From NCBI GenBank assembly GCA_964535275.1, contig CAZHSX010000002.1, forward strand, positions 1-40,169: a stretch of DNA of 40,169 nt, written 5' to 3'. The notes beneath the pieces were generated by a model. The model did not search any database. It saw only the letters and a list, made by a program, of their open reading frames with translations, and had not been told where the DNA came from. Position numbers and translations under genes: made by a program. Origin of the DNA: an uncultured Candidatus Saccharimonadales bacterium (GTDB lineage Bacteria > Patescibacteriota > Saccharimonadia > UBA4664 > CAZHSX01). Of the stretch, positions 13,927 to 23,913 are shown piece by piece. Numbering within the stretch: position 1 is the first letter of the stretch; the number at the start of each line of letters is the position of its first letter.

Positions 13927-16281
13927 ATGAATAAGACCACAAAAAAATTAATCAAAGTTTTGCTGCCGCTGCTAATTGCCGGAGCGGCTCTAACCTTGGG
14001 CCCAGGCCACGCCCGTGCTGCTTTTGATCCTGGGCGCATTATCGATGACAGTCTTTTTACCAACGGGTCTTCAATGAGTGAAGCCAATATCCAGGATTGG
14101 TTGGTTTCCAAAAATTCGACTTGTTTAAAAAACGCGACTTCAGCGGAACCGTTTTACGACACCAGCCAACCTAATAACGTAAGGTATGGCGCCGATGTAC
14201 CGGTATCGCGAGTAATTTGGAAAACCGCCCAACAATTCGGAATTAATGCTCAAGTGATTTTAGTAACTTTGCAAAAAGAACAAGGCTTAATTACCCGTAC
14301 CTCCTGCCCTGCCAGCACAACTAGCTGGGCAATGGGCATGGGTTGCCCGGATTCCAGCCCCGGTTGTGATTCTCGCTACGAAGGCTTTTCGCGTCAAGTT
14401 TGGGAAGGAACAAAGCTACTACGAAACTGTTTTTACCAAGACGTCGGCTGGTACTGCGGCTACATTCCCTTTGCTACCAACCGAGTTTACTTCAACCCCA
14501 ATGCCGGTTGCGGTTATAGCGACGTTTATATCTCCAACCGAGCAACGGCCACGTTATACAATTACACGCCCTACCAACCCAACGCTGCCGCCCTGGCAAC
14601 CAGGTATGGAACCGGCGATAGCTGCAGCGCTTATGGCAACCGAAATTTCCATAATTTCTACGAGGACTGGTTTGGTCCACCCGTCGGTGAAAACTGGACT
14701 TGGTTCGTAGACAGTCAGTCAGGCCCAAATGTCGCCGTTCGCTCAGGGCAGCGTGCTGTAGTAACTCTGCGCGCACGCAACTCCGGCACTACAACTTGGA
14801 CCAATGGTGGCGCGAACCCGGTAAAACTCGGGACTGTCGGCCCGCGTGACCGAGCCAGTCAGTTCTGGACAGACGGCTGGTCTGGAAACCCGGGCCTGCC
14901 CAACTCCCGCCCGGCCACTTTGAGGGAGGGCGCCGTTGGCCCCGGGCAGATTGGCACCTTTAGTTTTGAAATCCAAGCTCCATATGTAAGTTCACCAACT
15001 ACCTATACCGAGGCTTTTTCGCTTGTAGCGGAAAATAAAATTTGGCTGAACGATCCGGGCTTCCAACTTAGCATCACAGTCAGCCCGCCGGGCAGTAATA
15101 CCGCCAGCGTCAGCTCGATTAGTTACAATCCCAATATTGAATCTGACCAACCGGGACTAGTCACGGTTAAAATGGTCAATACCGGAGACGATGCCTGGTA
15201 CCGCGGCGGTCAATTCCCGGTTAAAATCGGCACCGCCCAACCCCATGATCACAGCGGCACTTTTTACGACGGCGGTAGCTCTTGGTTTGCCAATAATCGG
15301 GCGGCTTACATCGAGCCCAACTATGTTTTGCCCGGGCAAACTGCCACCTTTAGCTTTTACGCTAAAATGCCACACACCACCGGCCCAGTGTCAGAAACTT
15401 ATGACTTATTAGCGGAGAATTTGATTTGGTTTGGCGACGAATTTACTTTGACCTTCAACGTTCAGCCCAGCTACACGGCAACCCTGGTCAGCCCAGCCAA
15501 CATCACAATGGTGCCTGGTGAGCCAACCACCGCCAGCGTGCAACTGCAAAACACCGGCACGGCTACTTGGGTCAAAACTGGCGCCAACCCGGTTAAACTC
15601 GGCACCCGCTCGCCGTTTGATCACACCAGCCCCATGTGTTTTGCTCCGCCCTGGCCTACCGCTTGGCCTAGTTGTACACGAGCGGCGCTTTCCACCGCCG
15701 CTTCGGTGGCGCCGGGAGCAACCGGCACGTTCCAATTTGACCTTAATACCCCTTATACCGCCAGTGGCACCTACCATGAGGACTTCCAGCTGGTGGCCGA
15801 AAACTTAAAATGGTTCGGCGACATCGCCCCGCTAACGGTTAACTACACCCCTCCCAATCGCACGTGGTCCCAGACTTCGGTCGGCTCTTGGACCGACAGC
15901 TCCAAAACCACTACGGTCGACCTTACCAATCTCACTCCCGGCCAATCGGTTTACGTGGAGGTTAAGGCTACTAACTCCGGCAACGCTACCTGGTACAACA
16001 ATGGACCTTACCCGGTGCGGTTGGGCACTCAAAACCCGCAAGACCGCATTAGTCGCTATGGCAGTTCGTGGAACATTCCCAACTTGCGCGGAACTATGGG
16101 TACTCGGGCTGCCACCGTACAGGAGGCCTCGGTGGCACCCGGCGGCACGGGCACTTTCGCCTTCACTTTGACCGTTCCTGGCGGCACCGGCACCTTTGAC
16201 GAGTACTTCAACTTGGTGGCCGAGGGTCTAGCTTGGTTCGATGGCTCACCGCCGCTCATCTTCCACACCGTCGTTCACTAA
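13927..16281 (+). CDS. Secreted 784-aa protein with an N-terminal conserved domain (ILVTLQKEQGL motif) and four Ig-like modules of about 125 aa
   Basis: Signal peptide ending ARA-AF. Four modules share N(S/T)G..(T/A)W ... NPVKLGT ... PG..GTF.F ... LVAEN..WF. Confidence 0.65.
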   Translation: MNKTTKKLIKVLLPLLIAGAALTLGPGHARAAFDPGRIIDDSLFTNGSSMSEANIQDWLVSKNSTCLKNATSAEPFYDTSQPNNVRYGADVPVSRVIWKTAQQFGINAQVILVTLQKEQGLITRTSCPASTTSWAMGMGCPDSSPGCDSRYEGFSRQVWEGTKLLRNCFYQDVGWYCGYIPFATNRVYFNPNAGCGYSDVYISNRATATLYNYTPYQPNAAALATRYGTGDSCSAYGNRNFHNFYEDWFGPPVGENWTWFVDSQSGPNVAVRSGQRAVVTLRARNSGTTTWTNGGANPVKLGTVGPRDRASQFWTDGWSGNPGLPNSRPATLREGAVGPGQIGTFSFEIQAPYVSSPTTYTEAFSLVAENKIWLNDPGFQLSITVSPPGSNTASVSSISYNPNIESDQPGLVTVKMVNTGDDAWYRGGQFPVKIGTAQPHDHSGTFYDGGSSWFANNRAAYIEPNYVLPGQTATFSFYAKMPHTTGPVSETYDLLAENLIWFGDEFTLTFNVQPSYTATLVSPANITMVPGEPTTASVQLQNTGTATWVKTGANPVKLGTRSPFDHTSPMCFAPPWPTAWPSCTRAALSTAASVAPGATGTFQFDLNTPYTASGTYHEDFQLVAENLKWFGDIAPLTVNYTPPNRTWSQTSVGSWTDSSKTTTVDLTNLTPGQSVYVEVKATNSGNATWYNNGPYPVRLGTQNPQDRISRYGSSWNIPNLRGTMGTRAATVQEASVAPGGTGTFAFTLTVPGGTGTFDEYFNLVAEGLAWFDGSPPLIFHTVVH

Positions 16282-16291
16282 TCAGCCAGCT

Positions 16292-16320
16292 TTGATAAGA
16301 TAGCGCCGGCTTGGTAAAAT
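16292..16320 (+). promoter_or_regulatory. Promoter of the 11-gene glycan operon
   Basis: TTGATA (16292-16297), 17 nt, TAAAAT (16315-16320). This sits 16 nt upstream of the wecB TTG start. Confidence 0.5.
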
Positions 16321-16336
16321 AGGGCGCAGGCGAGTT

Positions 16337-17455
16337 TTGAATAAAACCCTGAAAGTCCTAACCATTTTCGGCACTCGACCGGAAGCCATTAAGCTGGCTC
16401 CGGTTATTCAGGCTTTGGAAAAACATCACATTACCGACCAAGTAGTGTGCGTGACCGGCCAGCACCGGGAAATGTTAGATCAAATGCTGAGCCTGTTTGC
16501 CATTAAGCCCGATCACGACTTGCGCGTAATGACCGAGTCGCAAAGCCTGGAGCAAATCAGTTCGCGGGTGCTGCTGGGCCTGGAAGATGTGCTGGAGCAA
16601 ACAAAGCCCGATTTGGTACTGGTGGAGGGTGACACCACTACAGTATTAATGGGTGCACTGGCAGCCTTTTACAAAAAAATCCCGGTTGGTCACATCGAAG
16701 CCGGCCTGCGTACCGATAACAAATACAACCCATTCCCCGAAGAAATGAACCGGCGGTTGACGGCCCAACTGGCCGACTTGCATTTTGCCCCCACCCAGCA
16801 GGCCAAGCAGAATTTGCTGGCCGAAGGGGTTAAGCCCGACAAGATTTTTGTGACCGGCAACACTGTGATTGATGCCCTGCTGTGGGTGCTGGAGCAAAAA
16901 CGGCCTTTTGAAAGTCAGGCTTTAAAAGCGCTAAAAACTGAAGGTCGCCGCGTGATTTTGGTTACCACACATCGGCGCGAAAACCTGGGTGAGGGCATGG
17001 AGGCAATCTTTAGCGCCATTAAGCGTTTGGCCGGCGAATTTAGCGACCTGCTGTTTGTGTTCCCCGTTCACCTCAACCCGGCGATTCAAAAGCACGCGAC
17101 TGACACGTTTAAAGACGTGGCCAACGTGGTGCTGACGGAGCCGCTGGGTTATTCGGACCTGGCCAAAGTTATGCAAATGTCCTACTTGGTTATGACCGAT
17201 TCCGGCGGCATTCAAGAAGAAGCCCCGGCGCTGGGGAAGCCGGTGCTGGTACTGCGCGACACCACCGAACGGCCGGAGGGGGTGGAGGCCGGTACGGCCA
17301 AGCTGGCCGGCACCGCCGCGGACAAAATTTACGAGTACGCTAAAGAGCTGATAACCGACTCGGCGGCATATGAAAAAATGGCCAAGGCCATTAACCCCTA
17401 CGGCGACGGCACCGCCGCCAAGCAAATAGTTGAGATTATTAGCCAAAAAATATGA
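16337..17455 (+). CDS. wecB: UDP-N-acetylglucosamine 2-epimerase (non-hydrolysing)
   Basis: FGTRPEAIKLAP, HIEAGLRT and TDSGGIQEEAP motifs. TTG start. Confidence 0.92.
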   Translation: MNKTLKVLTIFGTRPEAIKLAPVIQALEKHHITDQVVCVTGQHREMLDQMLSLFAIKPDHDLRVMTESQSLEQISSRVLLGLEDVLEQTKPDLVLVEGDTTTVLMGALAAFYKKIPVGHIEAGLRTDNKYNPFPEEMNRRLTAQLADLHFAPTQQAKQNLLAEGVKPDKIFVTGNTVIDALLWVLEQKRPFESQALKALKTEGRRVILVTTHRRENLGEGMEAIFSAIKRLAGEFSDLLFVFPVHLNPAIQKHATDTFKDVANVVLTEPLGYSDLAKVMQMSYLVMTDSGGIQEEAPALGKPVLVLRDTTERPEGVEAGTAKLAGTAADKIYEYAKELITDSAAYEKMAKAINPYGDGTAAKQIVEIISQKI

Positions 17456-18768
17456 TTGCCATTGCCAAAAAATACTTCCAGGGGCTACAGCGGGTTTTTT
17501 TGAATACGCCGGCTGCTCAAGATACTGCCATTATCTATGTCAGCTCGCTCTTTAGTTCGGCGGTTGGGTTTGTGGCTTCCCTGCTGGTTGCCCGCCACCT
17601 AGGTCCGGCCGATTTTGGCATCGTCACAGCTTACAATTCCATTGTCTTAACCTTGACCGGCCTGACCGATTTTGGCTTGGGGGTAGGATTAATCAAATTC
17701 GTCACTCCCCTTTTGCAATCCAGCCTCGAAAAAGCCCGATCGTATCTGCGCTTTGTTTTGTATGCCGAACTTGCCAGCGGGCTAACTGTATTGGTGCTCG
17801 GAACAGTGCTGGCCGGCACCTTGCACAATTTTGTCGGCAGCTCGATTTCCGTCGGTATTATCCGCTTGGCCATAATTTCGGCCGCCGTTACTTCGACCGC
17901 GGCTTTCAACGGCGCGGTTCTAAATGCCTATAAACGCTTTAAACTTAATGCCGCGCTTAATACCGGTGCCAGTTTGCTGCGATTTTTGTACATCCTGTTT
18001 TTGCTCAAAATCCTTGGCTTAAGTATTAGTAATATTATTATCGGCTCGGTTGGCATCGCCGTTTTGGCCGCGGTAGTGGGCTTTATCGTCATCCCTAAAG
18101 ATTTTTTCGGCGAGGTGAAACGGGGAGAGCTAAAAATCGCCGGCAAAGCCGTGCTGGGGTTTAGCGGCTGGCTAACAATAAGCTATGTTTTGACCGCCGT
18201 CAGCGGCCGGCTGGATTTCTTTTACCTCTACCGCCTCCGCGGCGCCACCCAGGCTGGTATTTACGGCGCGGCTATTCAGTTGTCGCTGGCATTTAGCTTA
18301 CTGGTGGGGGCGATCAGTACAGTGATGACTCCCTACATCAGCGAAAAAATTACGCTGGAGCAAAAACGGTTGTTTTTGAAAAAGACCCTGGCCCTGTCTG
18401 CCTTCGGAGCCTTACTTTTCCTAGCTTCTATGTTCATTATGCCGACGGTAATTAGCCTGCTTTTCGGTGCCAAATATTTAGGTGCCATTGTCCCGCTGAA
18501 AATTCTGATTGTTCATTTTGCCCTTAACGTCTTCCTGATTCCGATTACTCTCATGTATATTCCCTTTGGGCAGGTCAAAGTGGGCACCCTTGTATCAGCC
18601 TTGCAGCTGGTGGTAGCCCTGATTCTCTACCCTATTCTGATTAGACATTTTGGGGCCGCCGGGGCGGCCGGTACAGTATTAAGCGGCACAATAATCGGCT
18701 TGCTGGTTTACCCAACTGTTTTACGCTGGCTAATGCATAATGAAGCTAAGAAAATGGAGGCAGTATGA
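17452..18768 (+). CDS. Polysaccharide/oligosaccharide flippase (Wzx-like, MOP superfamily)
   Basis: 438 aa with about 12-14 TM helices. Position and ATGA start/stop overlap with wecB. Confidence 0.7.
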   Translation: MIAIAKKYFQGLQRVFLNTPAAQDTAIIYVSSLFSSAVGFVASLLVARHLGPADFGIVTAYNSIVLTLTGLTDFGLGVGLIKFVTPLLQSSLEKARSYLRFVLYAELASGLTVLVLGTVLAGTLHNFVGSSISVGIIRLAIISAAVTSTAAFNGAVLNAYKRFKLNAALNTGASLLRFLYILFLLKILGLSISNIIIGSVGIAVLAAVVGFIVIPKDFFGEVKRGELKIAGKAVLGFSGWLTISYVLTAVSGRLDFFYLYRLRGATQAGIYGAAIQLSLAFSLLVGAISTVMTPYISEKITLEQKRLFLKKTLALSAFGALLFLASMFIMPTVISLLFGAKYLGAIVPLKILIVHFALNVFLIPITLMYIPFGQVKVGTLVSALQLVVALILYPILIRHFGAAGAAGTVLSGTIIGLLVYPTVLRWLMHNEAKKMEAV

Positions 18769-19421
18769 GCGAAAAATTTCACAATGTGCTGGCTTGGAGT
18801 GAAGAAGAAAAACAACTGATTGGCATTCAAGAAAAGTTTTTACAATACTTCCCGCCGGCTGGAGAAATTCTGGACTTGGGTTGCGGCCGCGGGATTTTCC
18901 TGGACTTGCTGGCCAAGCATGGTTTTAAGCCTGCCGGGGTGGAAATCGACGAACAAATGCTCAAAGCCAGCCGCGATCGCGGATTTGAGGTAGAGCATAC
19001 CGACGCAATTAGTTTTTTAAAAGCCACTAAACGAACGTTTGATGGCATCTTTGCCAGCCACATTGTCGAACACATGAGCGCCGCCGAACTGACAGAGCTG
19101 GTTGATCTTATAAAACAGCGGCTCAAGCCGGGTGGAGTAGCCATTGTGGTCACACCGCGACCAGGTAGTTTATGGGCAACCGAGTACTTTTGGCTTGATA
19201 CAACGCATGTGCGCCCGGTGCCTTACGAGCTGTTAAAGCAGCTGTTTGCACCGCTGCAGACCATTGCCGGTGGTATCGAACCGGATTCGGTACCGGTTAA
19301 AGACGCTGGACCCCTGCTGCGACTAATCCTGGCCGTTCGCCGCAAATTACTGGGCCGGGAACTGTATGATTTCGTTTACGGTGGCGGGGTTTCCTACATT
19401 GTCGTGAAGAATAATGCTTAA
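18765..19421 (+). CDS. Class I SAM-dependent methyltransferase
   Basis: Motif I ILDLGCGRGIF; IFASHIVEHM; LKPGGVAIV. ATGA overlap with the flippase gene. Confidence 0.8.
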   Translation: MSEKFHNVLAWSEEEKQLIGIQEKFLQYFPPAGEILDLGCGRGIFLDLLAKHGFKPAGVEIDEQMLKASRDRGFEVEHTDAISFLKATKRTFDGIFASHIVEHMSAAELTELVDLIKQRLKPGGVAIVVTPRPGSLWATEYFWLDTTHVRPVPYELLKQLFAPLQTIAGGIEPDSVPVKDAGPLLRLILAVRRKLLGRELYDFVYGGGVSYIVVKNNA

Positions 19422-20511
19422 AGTCGGCCTCGACGCACGGGCTCTGGGATCTAGCCGCAAAAGCGGGGTGGCTAATTATATTCAACAATTGGCTACCGAC
19501 CTGCCCGGCGCTGCCAATGATATTCGCTTTTATTACTTCCTGGACCGACATACCTCGTTTGGTGAAGCCCGGCGGTACCGGCGCGGGAATGTCAAAATTA
19601 TTTGGTTGCCAACTCGGAGCGAGAAAAGCTTTATGCGTTGGGTGAGTAAGTTAGCAAAATTTTACCGTCTGGATTTGTGCCAATTCCCCAGCGGCATGAT
19701 CCCGGACGGTTTTAAGGGTAAGGCCATTATCAATATTTACGACCTGATATATGAGCGGTTTCCGCAATTTTATTCGCCACAATCCCTACAGTTGCAAAAA
19801 ACTAAGGTGCGGGAATCCACTCAGCGGGCCGACGGTATCATTACGATTTCCCAGTCCACCAAAAAAGATCTGCAGGAATTCTACGGTACGGCGGCCGCAA
19901 AAATTGCTGTCATTTATCCGATTGTAACCAAAAACCTTAGTACTAACAGCGCCGAGCGTCCTTGGCCGGAACCATATCTTTTGGCCGTCGGCGAAATTCA
20001 GCCTCGAAAAAATTTTATTAACCTCGTTAAGGCCTTGGCTTTATTGACCGATCTGAAAATTCACCTGTACATCGCTGGCAGTATTCAAGATGAGGCCGAG
20101 CACCAACGCCTGATGGAAGTTATTAAAGCCAAGGGCTTAGAGTCTCGGGTCCATATCGGCGGCTACGTCACCGACGCCCAGCTGCAGGGCTTGTATCAGC
20201 ATGCCGAAATGCTAGTATTCCCCTCTTTTTACGAGGGTTTTGGCATCCCAATTTTGGAAGCCTTCGCGCATGATATTCCGGTGGTTACCGGGCAAGTAGC
20301 CTCAATGCCCGAGGCCGGTGGTGACGCGGCCGTCTACGTGGACTCCAACTCGCCGGAATCAATTAGCACGGGCATTGAAAAAATCTTGGCTGATCCCAAA
20401 CTTAAACAAACCTTGGTCAAACGCGGCCGTGAGCAATTGGCCAGATTCAGCCAAACCAACTTGGCCCAAGAAACTATCGCTTTTTACCGACAAGTGGTGG
20501 GCGCCAAGTGA
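19414..20511 (+). CDS. Glycosyltransferase family 4 (GT-B)
   Basis: PSFYEGFGIPILEAFAHDIPVV (E-x7-E region). Confidence 0.85.
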   Translation: MLKVGLDARALGSSRKSGVANYIQQLATDLPGAANDIRFYYFLDRHTSFGEARRYRRGNVKIIWLPTRSEKSFMRWVSKLAKFYRLDLCQFPSGMIPDGFKGKAIINIYDLIYERFPQFYSPQSLQLQKTKVRESTQRADGIITISQSTKKDLQEFYGTAAAKIAVIYPIVTKNLSTNSAERPWPEPYLLAVGEIQPRKNFINLVKALALLTDLKIHLYIAGSIQDEAEHQRLMEVIKAKGLESRVHIGGYVTDAQLQGLYQHAEMLVFPSFYEGFGIPILEAFAHDIPVVTGQVASMPEAGGDAAVYVDSNSPESISTGIEKILADPKLKQTLVKRGREQLARFSQTNLAQETIAFYRQVVGAK

Positions 20512-21500
20512 AAATTATTTTTGTTGCCCCGTCTTTTTACCCGGCCGCTGGCGGCGTGGAAACGCATTTACGGCACGTGGTAAAAATCCTGACTGGCCGC
20601 GGGCACAAACTGGTAATCCTGGTGCGCTACGCGCCGCAAATTCCCCGCCGCCAAACCGTCGACGGTGCTGTGGTGTTGCGCCTACCCCGCCGGCTTAAAA
20701 CCCTGTGGCTATGGACTCATCGCCGAGAGCTGGCCAGGCCGGATGCCATTCACTTTCACGACTTATACCTGCCGGCTTTAAAAAAGCTATACCCAACCGC
20801 CCGGCTGGTTCAAACTTTCCACGGTTATGAAGGCTTTCCGGTTCAACCCGAGGCTATCAAAGTGCGGCAATGGATTCGCAGCCAAGTGCCGTATTGCATC
20901 GCCGTGGGTGCTTTTATAGAAAAATGGTACGGCACCAAATGCGAGGCCGTAATCTACGGCGGAGTGGAAAATCCGCCCCCGGCCATCGCCAAAATCCAAC
21001 CCGCCTACGCGGCCGTGTTTGTTGGCCGGCTGGAGCCCGACACCGGTTTTAAAACTTACCTTGAAGCCTGGGAACTAATTAACAAACAAGATGCCAAAGC
21101 CAAGTTACTGGTTGTGGGCGATGGATCTTTAAACGGCTGGGCGCAGGATTTTGTGCGCCGGCACCAGTTGCAGGTCGAATTTAAAGGTCGCGTGGACTCG
21201 GTGTGGGAAAGTTTGGCGGCGGGGAAGGTGGCATTTGTTAGCGGTTACTTAGCGATTTTGGAAGCCGGAGTTTTGGGCAAGCCGATTGTGGCCTTTTACG
21301 ACACCCCCATTAAAAAAGACTACCTAGAATGTCATCCGATGGCGGCTAATTTTGCCATTGCCGATTCAGTCGCCGCGATTGCCGCTGCTTATGCCAAACC
21401 GCCAAACTCAAGCCAGCAAAAAGCCCTCCAGGCCTGGGCCAAACAGCAGACTTGGGATAAAATTGCTAATCTATACGAGCAAGCTTATGGCAAAATCTGA
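20508..21500 (+). CDS. Glycosyltransferase, GT4-like (GT-B)
   Basis: N-terminal KIIFVAPSFYPAAGGVETH. The C-terminal sugar-nucleotide domain is degenerate. GTGA overlap with the upstream gene. Confidence 0.7.
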   Translation: MKIIFVAPSFYPAAGGVETHLRHVVKILTGRGHKLVILVRYAPQIPRRQTVDGAVVLRLPRRLKTLWLWTHRRELARPDAIHFHDLYLPALKKLYPTARLVQTFHGYEGFPVQPEAIKVRQWIRSQVPYCIAVGAFIEKWYGTKCEAVIYGGVENPPPAIAKIQPAYAAVFVGRLEPDTGFKTYLEAWELINKQDAKAKLLVVGDGSLNGWAQDFVRRHQLQVEFKGRVDSVWESLAAGKVAFVSGYLAILEAGVLGKPIVAFYDTPIKKDYLECHPMAANFAIADSVAAIAAAYAKPPNSSQQKALQAWAKQQTWDKIANLYEQAYGKI

Positions 21501-22239
21501 TTGGCAAAAAATTTGGGCCGAGCAAAACATTGACGTTGCCGCTGATCAAAAGCGGTTGACCGAAGAAAAGCAAACTTTGCGCTGGCAAAAAATGGAGCGC
21601 CTGATCAAGCAGTATCTTGGTGATTTTAAGAATCTAAAAACCATCGAGGTCGGGGCTGGATTGGGAGATTTTTCGATCATTCTTAATGAACTAGGTGCCA
21701 AAACGACTTTGTCGGACTATAGCGAGGAGGCGATTGCCAAAGCCAAGCTACGCTACCAGGCTCACGGTTTGAAGGCCGACTTTGAGATGGCCGATATGTT
21801 AAACGTGCCGGATAAACTCAAAAACAAATTTGATTTAAGTATGTCTTTCGGACTTAATGAGCATTTTTCCGGTGAGGACCGCTACAAAATTACGGCCGCC
21901 CATGCCGAGGTATTGCGCCCTGGCGGTTTAACTTTTATGAGCGTGCCATACAAATATGCCCCCCACTATCAATTCTGGATGCGCCGAAGTATTAAAAAGG
22001 GCGTGTGGCTGTATGGGCTGGAAATTCCATTCTCGCGCACCGAGATCCGACAGCTGGCGGAAAAAGCCGGCTTAAACACTGTGGCCATGTTCCACAGCAG
22101 TTTTTTGGGTGACGTGGCGCGCTTTTTTCCGCTGCCGCGAGCTGTTCGCCGGTTGCTCAATAACCATTTAGAAAAAGCGAACCCGCTTAATCGCTGGGGT
22201 TACGCGTTGGTATATGTCGGACAAAAACCTAAAAGTTAG
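21487..22239 (+). CDS. Class I SAM-dependent methyltransferase
   Basis: Start moved to ATG 21487 (MAKSDWQKIW), giving a 14-nt overlap with the upstream gene. The track start at 21352 runs 149 nt into that gene. Motif I IEVGAGLGDF. Confidence 0.75.
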   Translation: MAKSDWQKIWAEQNIDVAADQKRLTEEKQTLRWQKMERLIKQYLGDFKNLKTIEVGAGLGDFSIILNELGAKTTLSDYSEEAIAKAKLRYQAHGLKADFEMADMLNVPDKLKNKFDLSMSFGLNEHFSGEDRYKITAAHAEVLRPGGLTFMSVPYKYAPHYQFWMRRSIKKGVWLYGLEIPFSRTEIRQLAEKAGLNTVAMFHSSFLGDVARFFPLPRAVRRLLNNHLEKANPLNRWGYALVYVGQKPKS

Positions 22240-23182
22240 CCTTATTACCACCGAGCGCAATGAGCGCGAAGCGATTGCCGAATTTATTGAGTCGGCCATG
22301 GGCCAATCAATGGCGCCGGATGAAATCGTGATTGCCGACGGCGGCAGTACCGACGGCACGGTCGAAATTATTCAGGACTACATTAAAAAGGGGGCCCCGA
22401 TTAAACTGGTGCAAGCCCCCGGCAACCGGGCGGTCGGCCGCAATGCCGCCACCCAGGCTGCCCGCAACGCCATTATTGCCTGCACCGATGTGGGTTCACG
22501 CCTGGATAAAGACTGGCTGAAAAACATTACTAAACCGTTTGCCGACAACCCCAACGCCATGGCCGTAGCCGGTATGTTTGTGCCCGACCCCCAAACTTAT
22601 TTTGAAAAAGTCTCGACCACTTTAATGCTGGCCCCCAATGACAAAATTGATTTGGAAACCTGGCTGCCGTCCAGCCGATCGGTGGCTTACAAAAAGTCGG
22701 CCTGGCAGGCGGCCGGCGGCTACCCCGAGCACACCAACTTTAACGAAGATACGCCGTTCGACTTGGCGCTGAAGGCCAAGGGTTTTAAATTTGAAGACGG
22801 CTTAAAAGCCGTAGTTTACTGGCGACCGCGCTCGAATTTGCGGGAGTTTTACCAACAATACTATTTCTACGCCGTGGGTGACGGATTGGATTTGCTCAAC
22901 CGCCGGTCAATGTTGCTCTTAAGTATCAAATACTTGACAATTGTGGGGTTAACCATCGGCCTAGCTGCTTACCATTCCTGGCTGGCGCTAGTGCCGCTGG
23001 TCTATTTTTTACTGCGGTTGGGTTTGCGCGTACGCCGGGCGGGGCGCAAAATCGGCGGGCTTAAGACTTATTTATTAATGATGGTAGTCGCCGTGACTTT
23101 TGATTGGTCCCAAATTTTAGGCTACTGGTATGGCTATCTCAACCGCGATCGGCTCCGCAACAGCCAGAAGTTAGTGCGATGA
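22214..23182 (+). CDS. Glycosyltransferase family 2 with C-terminal TM helices
   Basis: IVIADGGSTDGT and CTDVGSRLD motifs. Hydrophobic C-terminus. Confidence 0.8.
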   Translation: MSDKNLKVSLITTERNEREAIAEFIESAMGQSMAPDEIVIADGGSTDGTVEIIQDYIKKGAPIKLVQAPGNRAVGRNAATQAARNAIIACTDVGSRLDKDWLKNITKPFADNPNAMAVAGMFVPDPQTYFEKVSTTLMLAPNDKIDLETWLPSSRSVAYKKSAWQAAGGYPEHTNFNEDTPFDLALKAKGFKFEDGLKAVVYWRPRSNLREFYQQYYFYAVGDGLDLLNRRSMLLLSIKYLTIVGLTIGLAAYHSWLALVPLVYFLLRLGLRVRRAGRKIGGLKTYLLMMVVAVTFDWSQILGYWYGYLNRDRLRNSQKLVR

Positions 23183-23913
23183 GAATATCAGTGGTGATTA
23201 TTGCCAAAAATGAAGCCGGTTACATTGAAGACTGCCTGCGTTCGGTGGCTTGGGCCAACGAGCGGCTGGTGATTGATGATGACAGTACCGACCGCACTGC
23301 GGCAATGGCAACTGCACTGGAAGCCCGAGTTTTAAGCCACAAGTTAACTGGCTTTGCCACCCAGAAAAATTTCGGGATTGATCAGGCCAAAAATGATTGG
23401 ATCTTAATTTTGGATGCCGACGAACGGGTGTCGCCAGAGTTGGCCGGCGAGATCCAAGCTCTGCCGGACCAGCCGCCGGCGGCGGCGTACTCGATGCCGT
23501 TTCAAAATTACTTGGGCAAAAAGTGGTTTCATCACGGCGGGTTTTACCCCGATCGGCATCTGCGTCTGTTTGACCGCCGCCAGGCCCGCTACGGCGCCCG
23601 CGAGGTCCACGAAACCCTGGACATTAACGGCCAAACGGCGGGGCTAAACGGGTCGGTTATTCACCTCACCTACCGCGACAGCCGAGAATATTTGGATAAA
23701 GTCAGGCGTTACAGCTTGCGTCAGGCCGAAGAAGACTTTCGGCTGCAAAAACCGGAAATCCGCTTAAACTACGCCTGGACGGTCAAAGAATTTATGACCC
23801 GCTACCTCGTGTTGAGTGGCTGGCGTGACGGCTGGATTGGCCTGGTCAGCGCCGTTTTGATGGGCTATTACCGATACTTGTACATTAAGCGTTTTAAACA
23901 GTTGGCAAAATGA
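23179..23913 (+). CDS. Glycosyltransferase family 2
   Basis: Start moved to ATG 23179, which overlaps the upstream stop as ATGA. ISVVIIAKNEA, VIDDDSTDRT and ILDADERV motifs. Confidence 0.8.
   Translation: MRISVVIIAKNEAGYIEDCLRSVAWANERLVIDDDSTDRTAAMATALEARVLSHKLTGFATQKNFGIDQAKNDWILILDADERVSPELAGEIQALPDQPPAAAYSMPFQNYLGKKWFHHGGFYPDRHLRLFDRRQARYGAREVHETLDINGQTAGLNGSVIHLTYRDSREYLDKVRRYSLRQAEEDFRLQKPEIRLNYAWTVKEFMTRYLVLSGWRDGWIGLVSAVLMGYYRYLYIKRFKQLAK

Noticed and set aside
13662-14111. 149-aa minus-strand ORF spanning the junction of the two secreted-protein genes
   Set aside because: It is antisense to two well-formed + strand genes with signal/anchor sequences. It has no SD.
16931-17446. 171-aa ORF antisense to wecB
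   Set aside because: wecB is unambiguous from its motifs. The antisense ORF is Gly/Arg/Val-rich shadow sequence.
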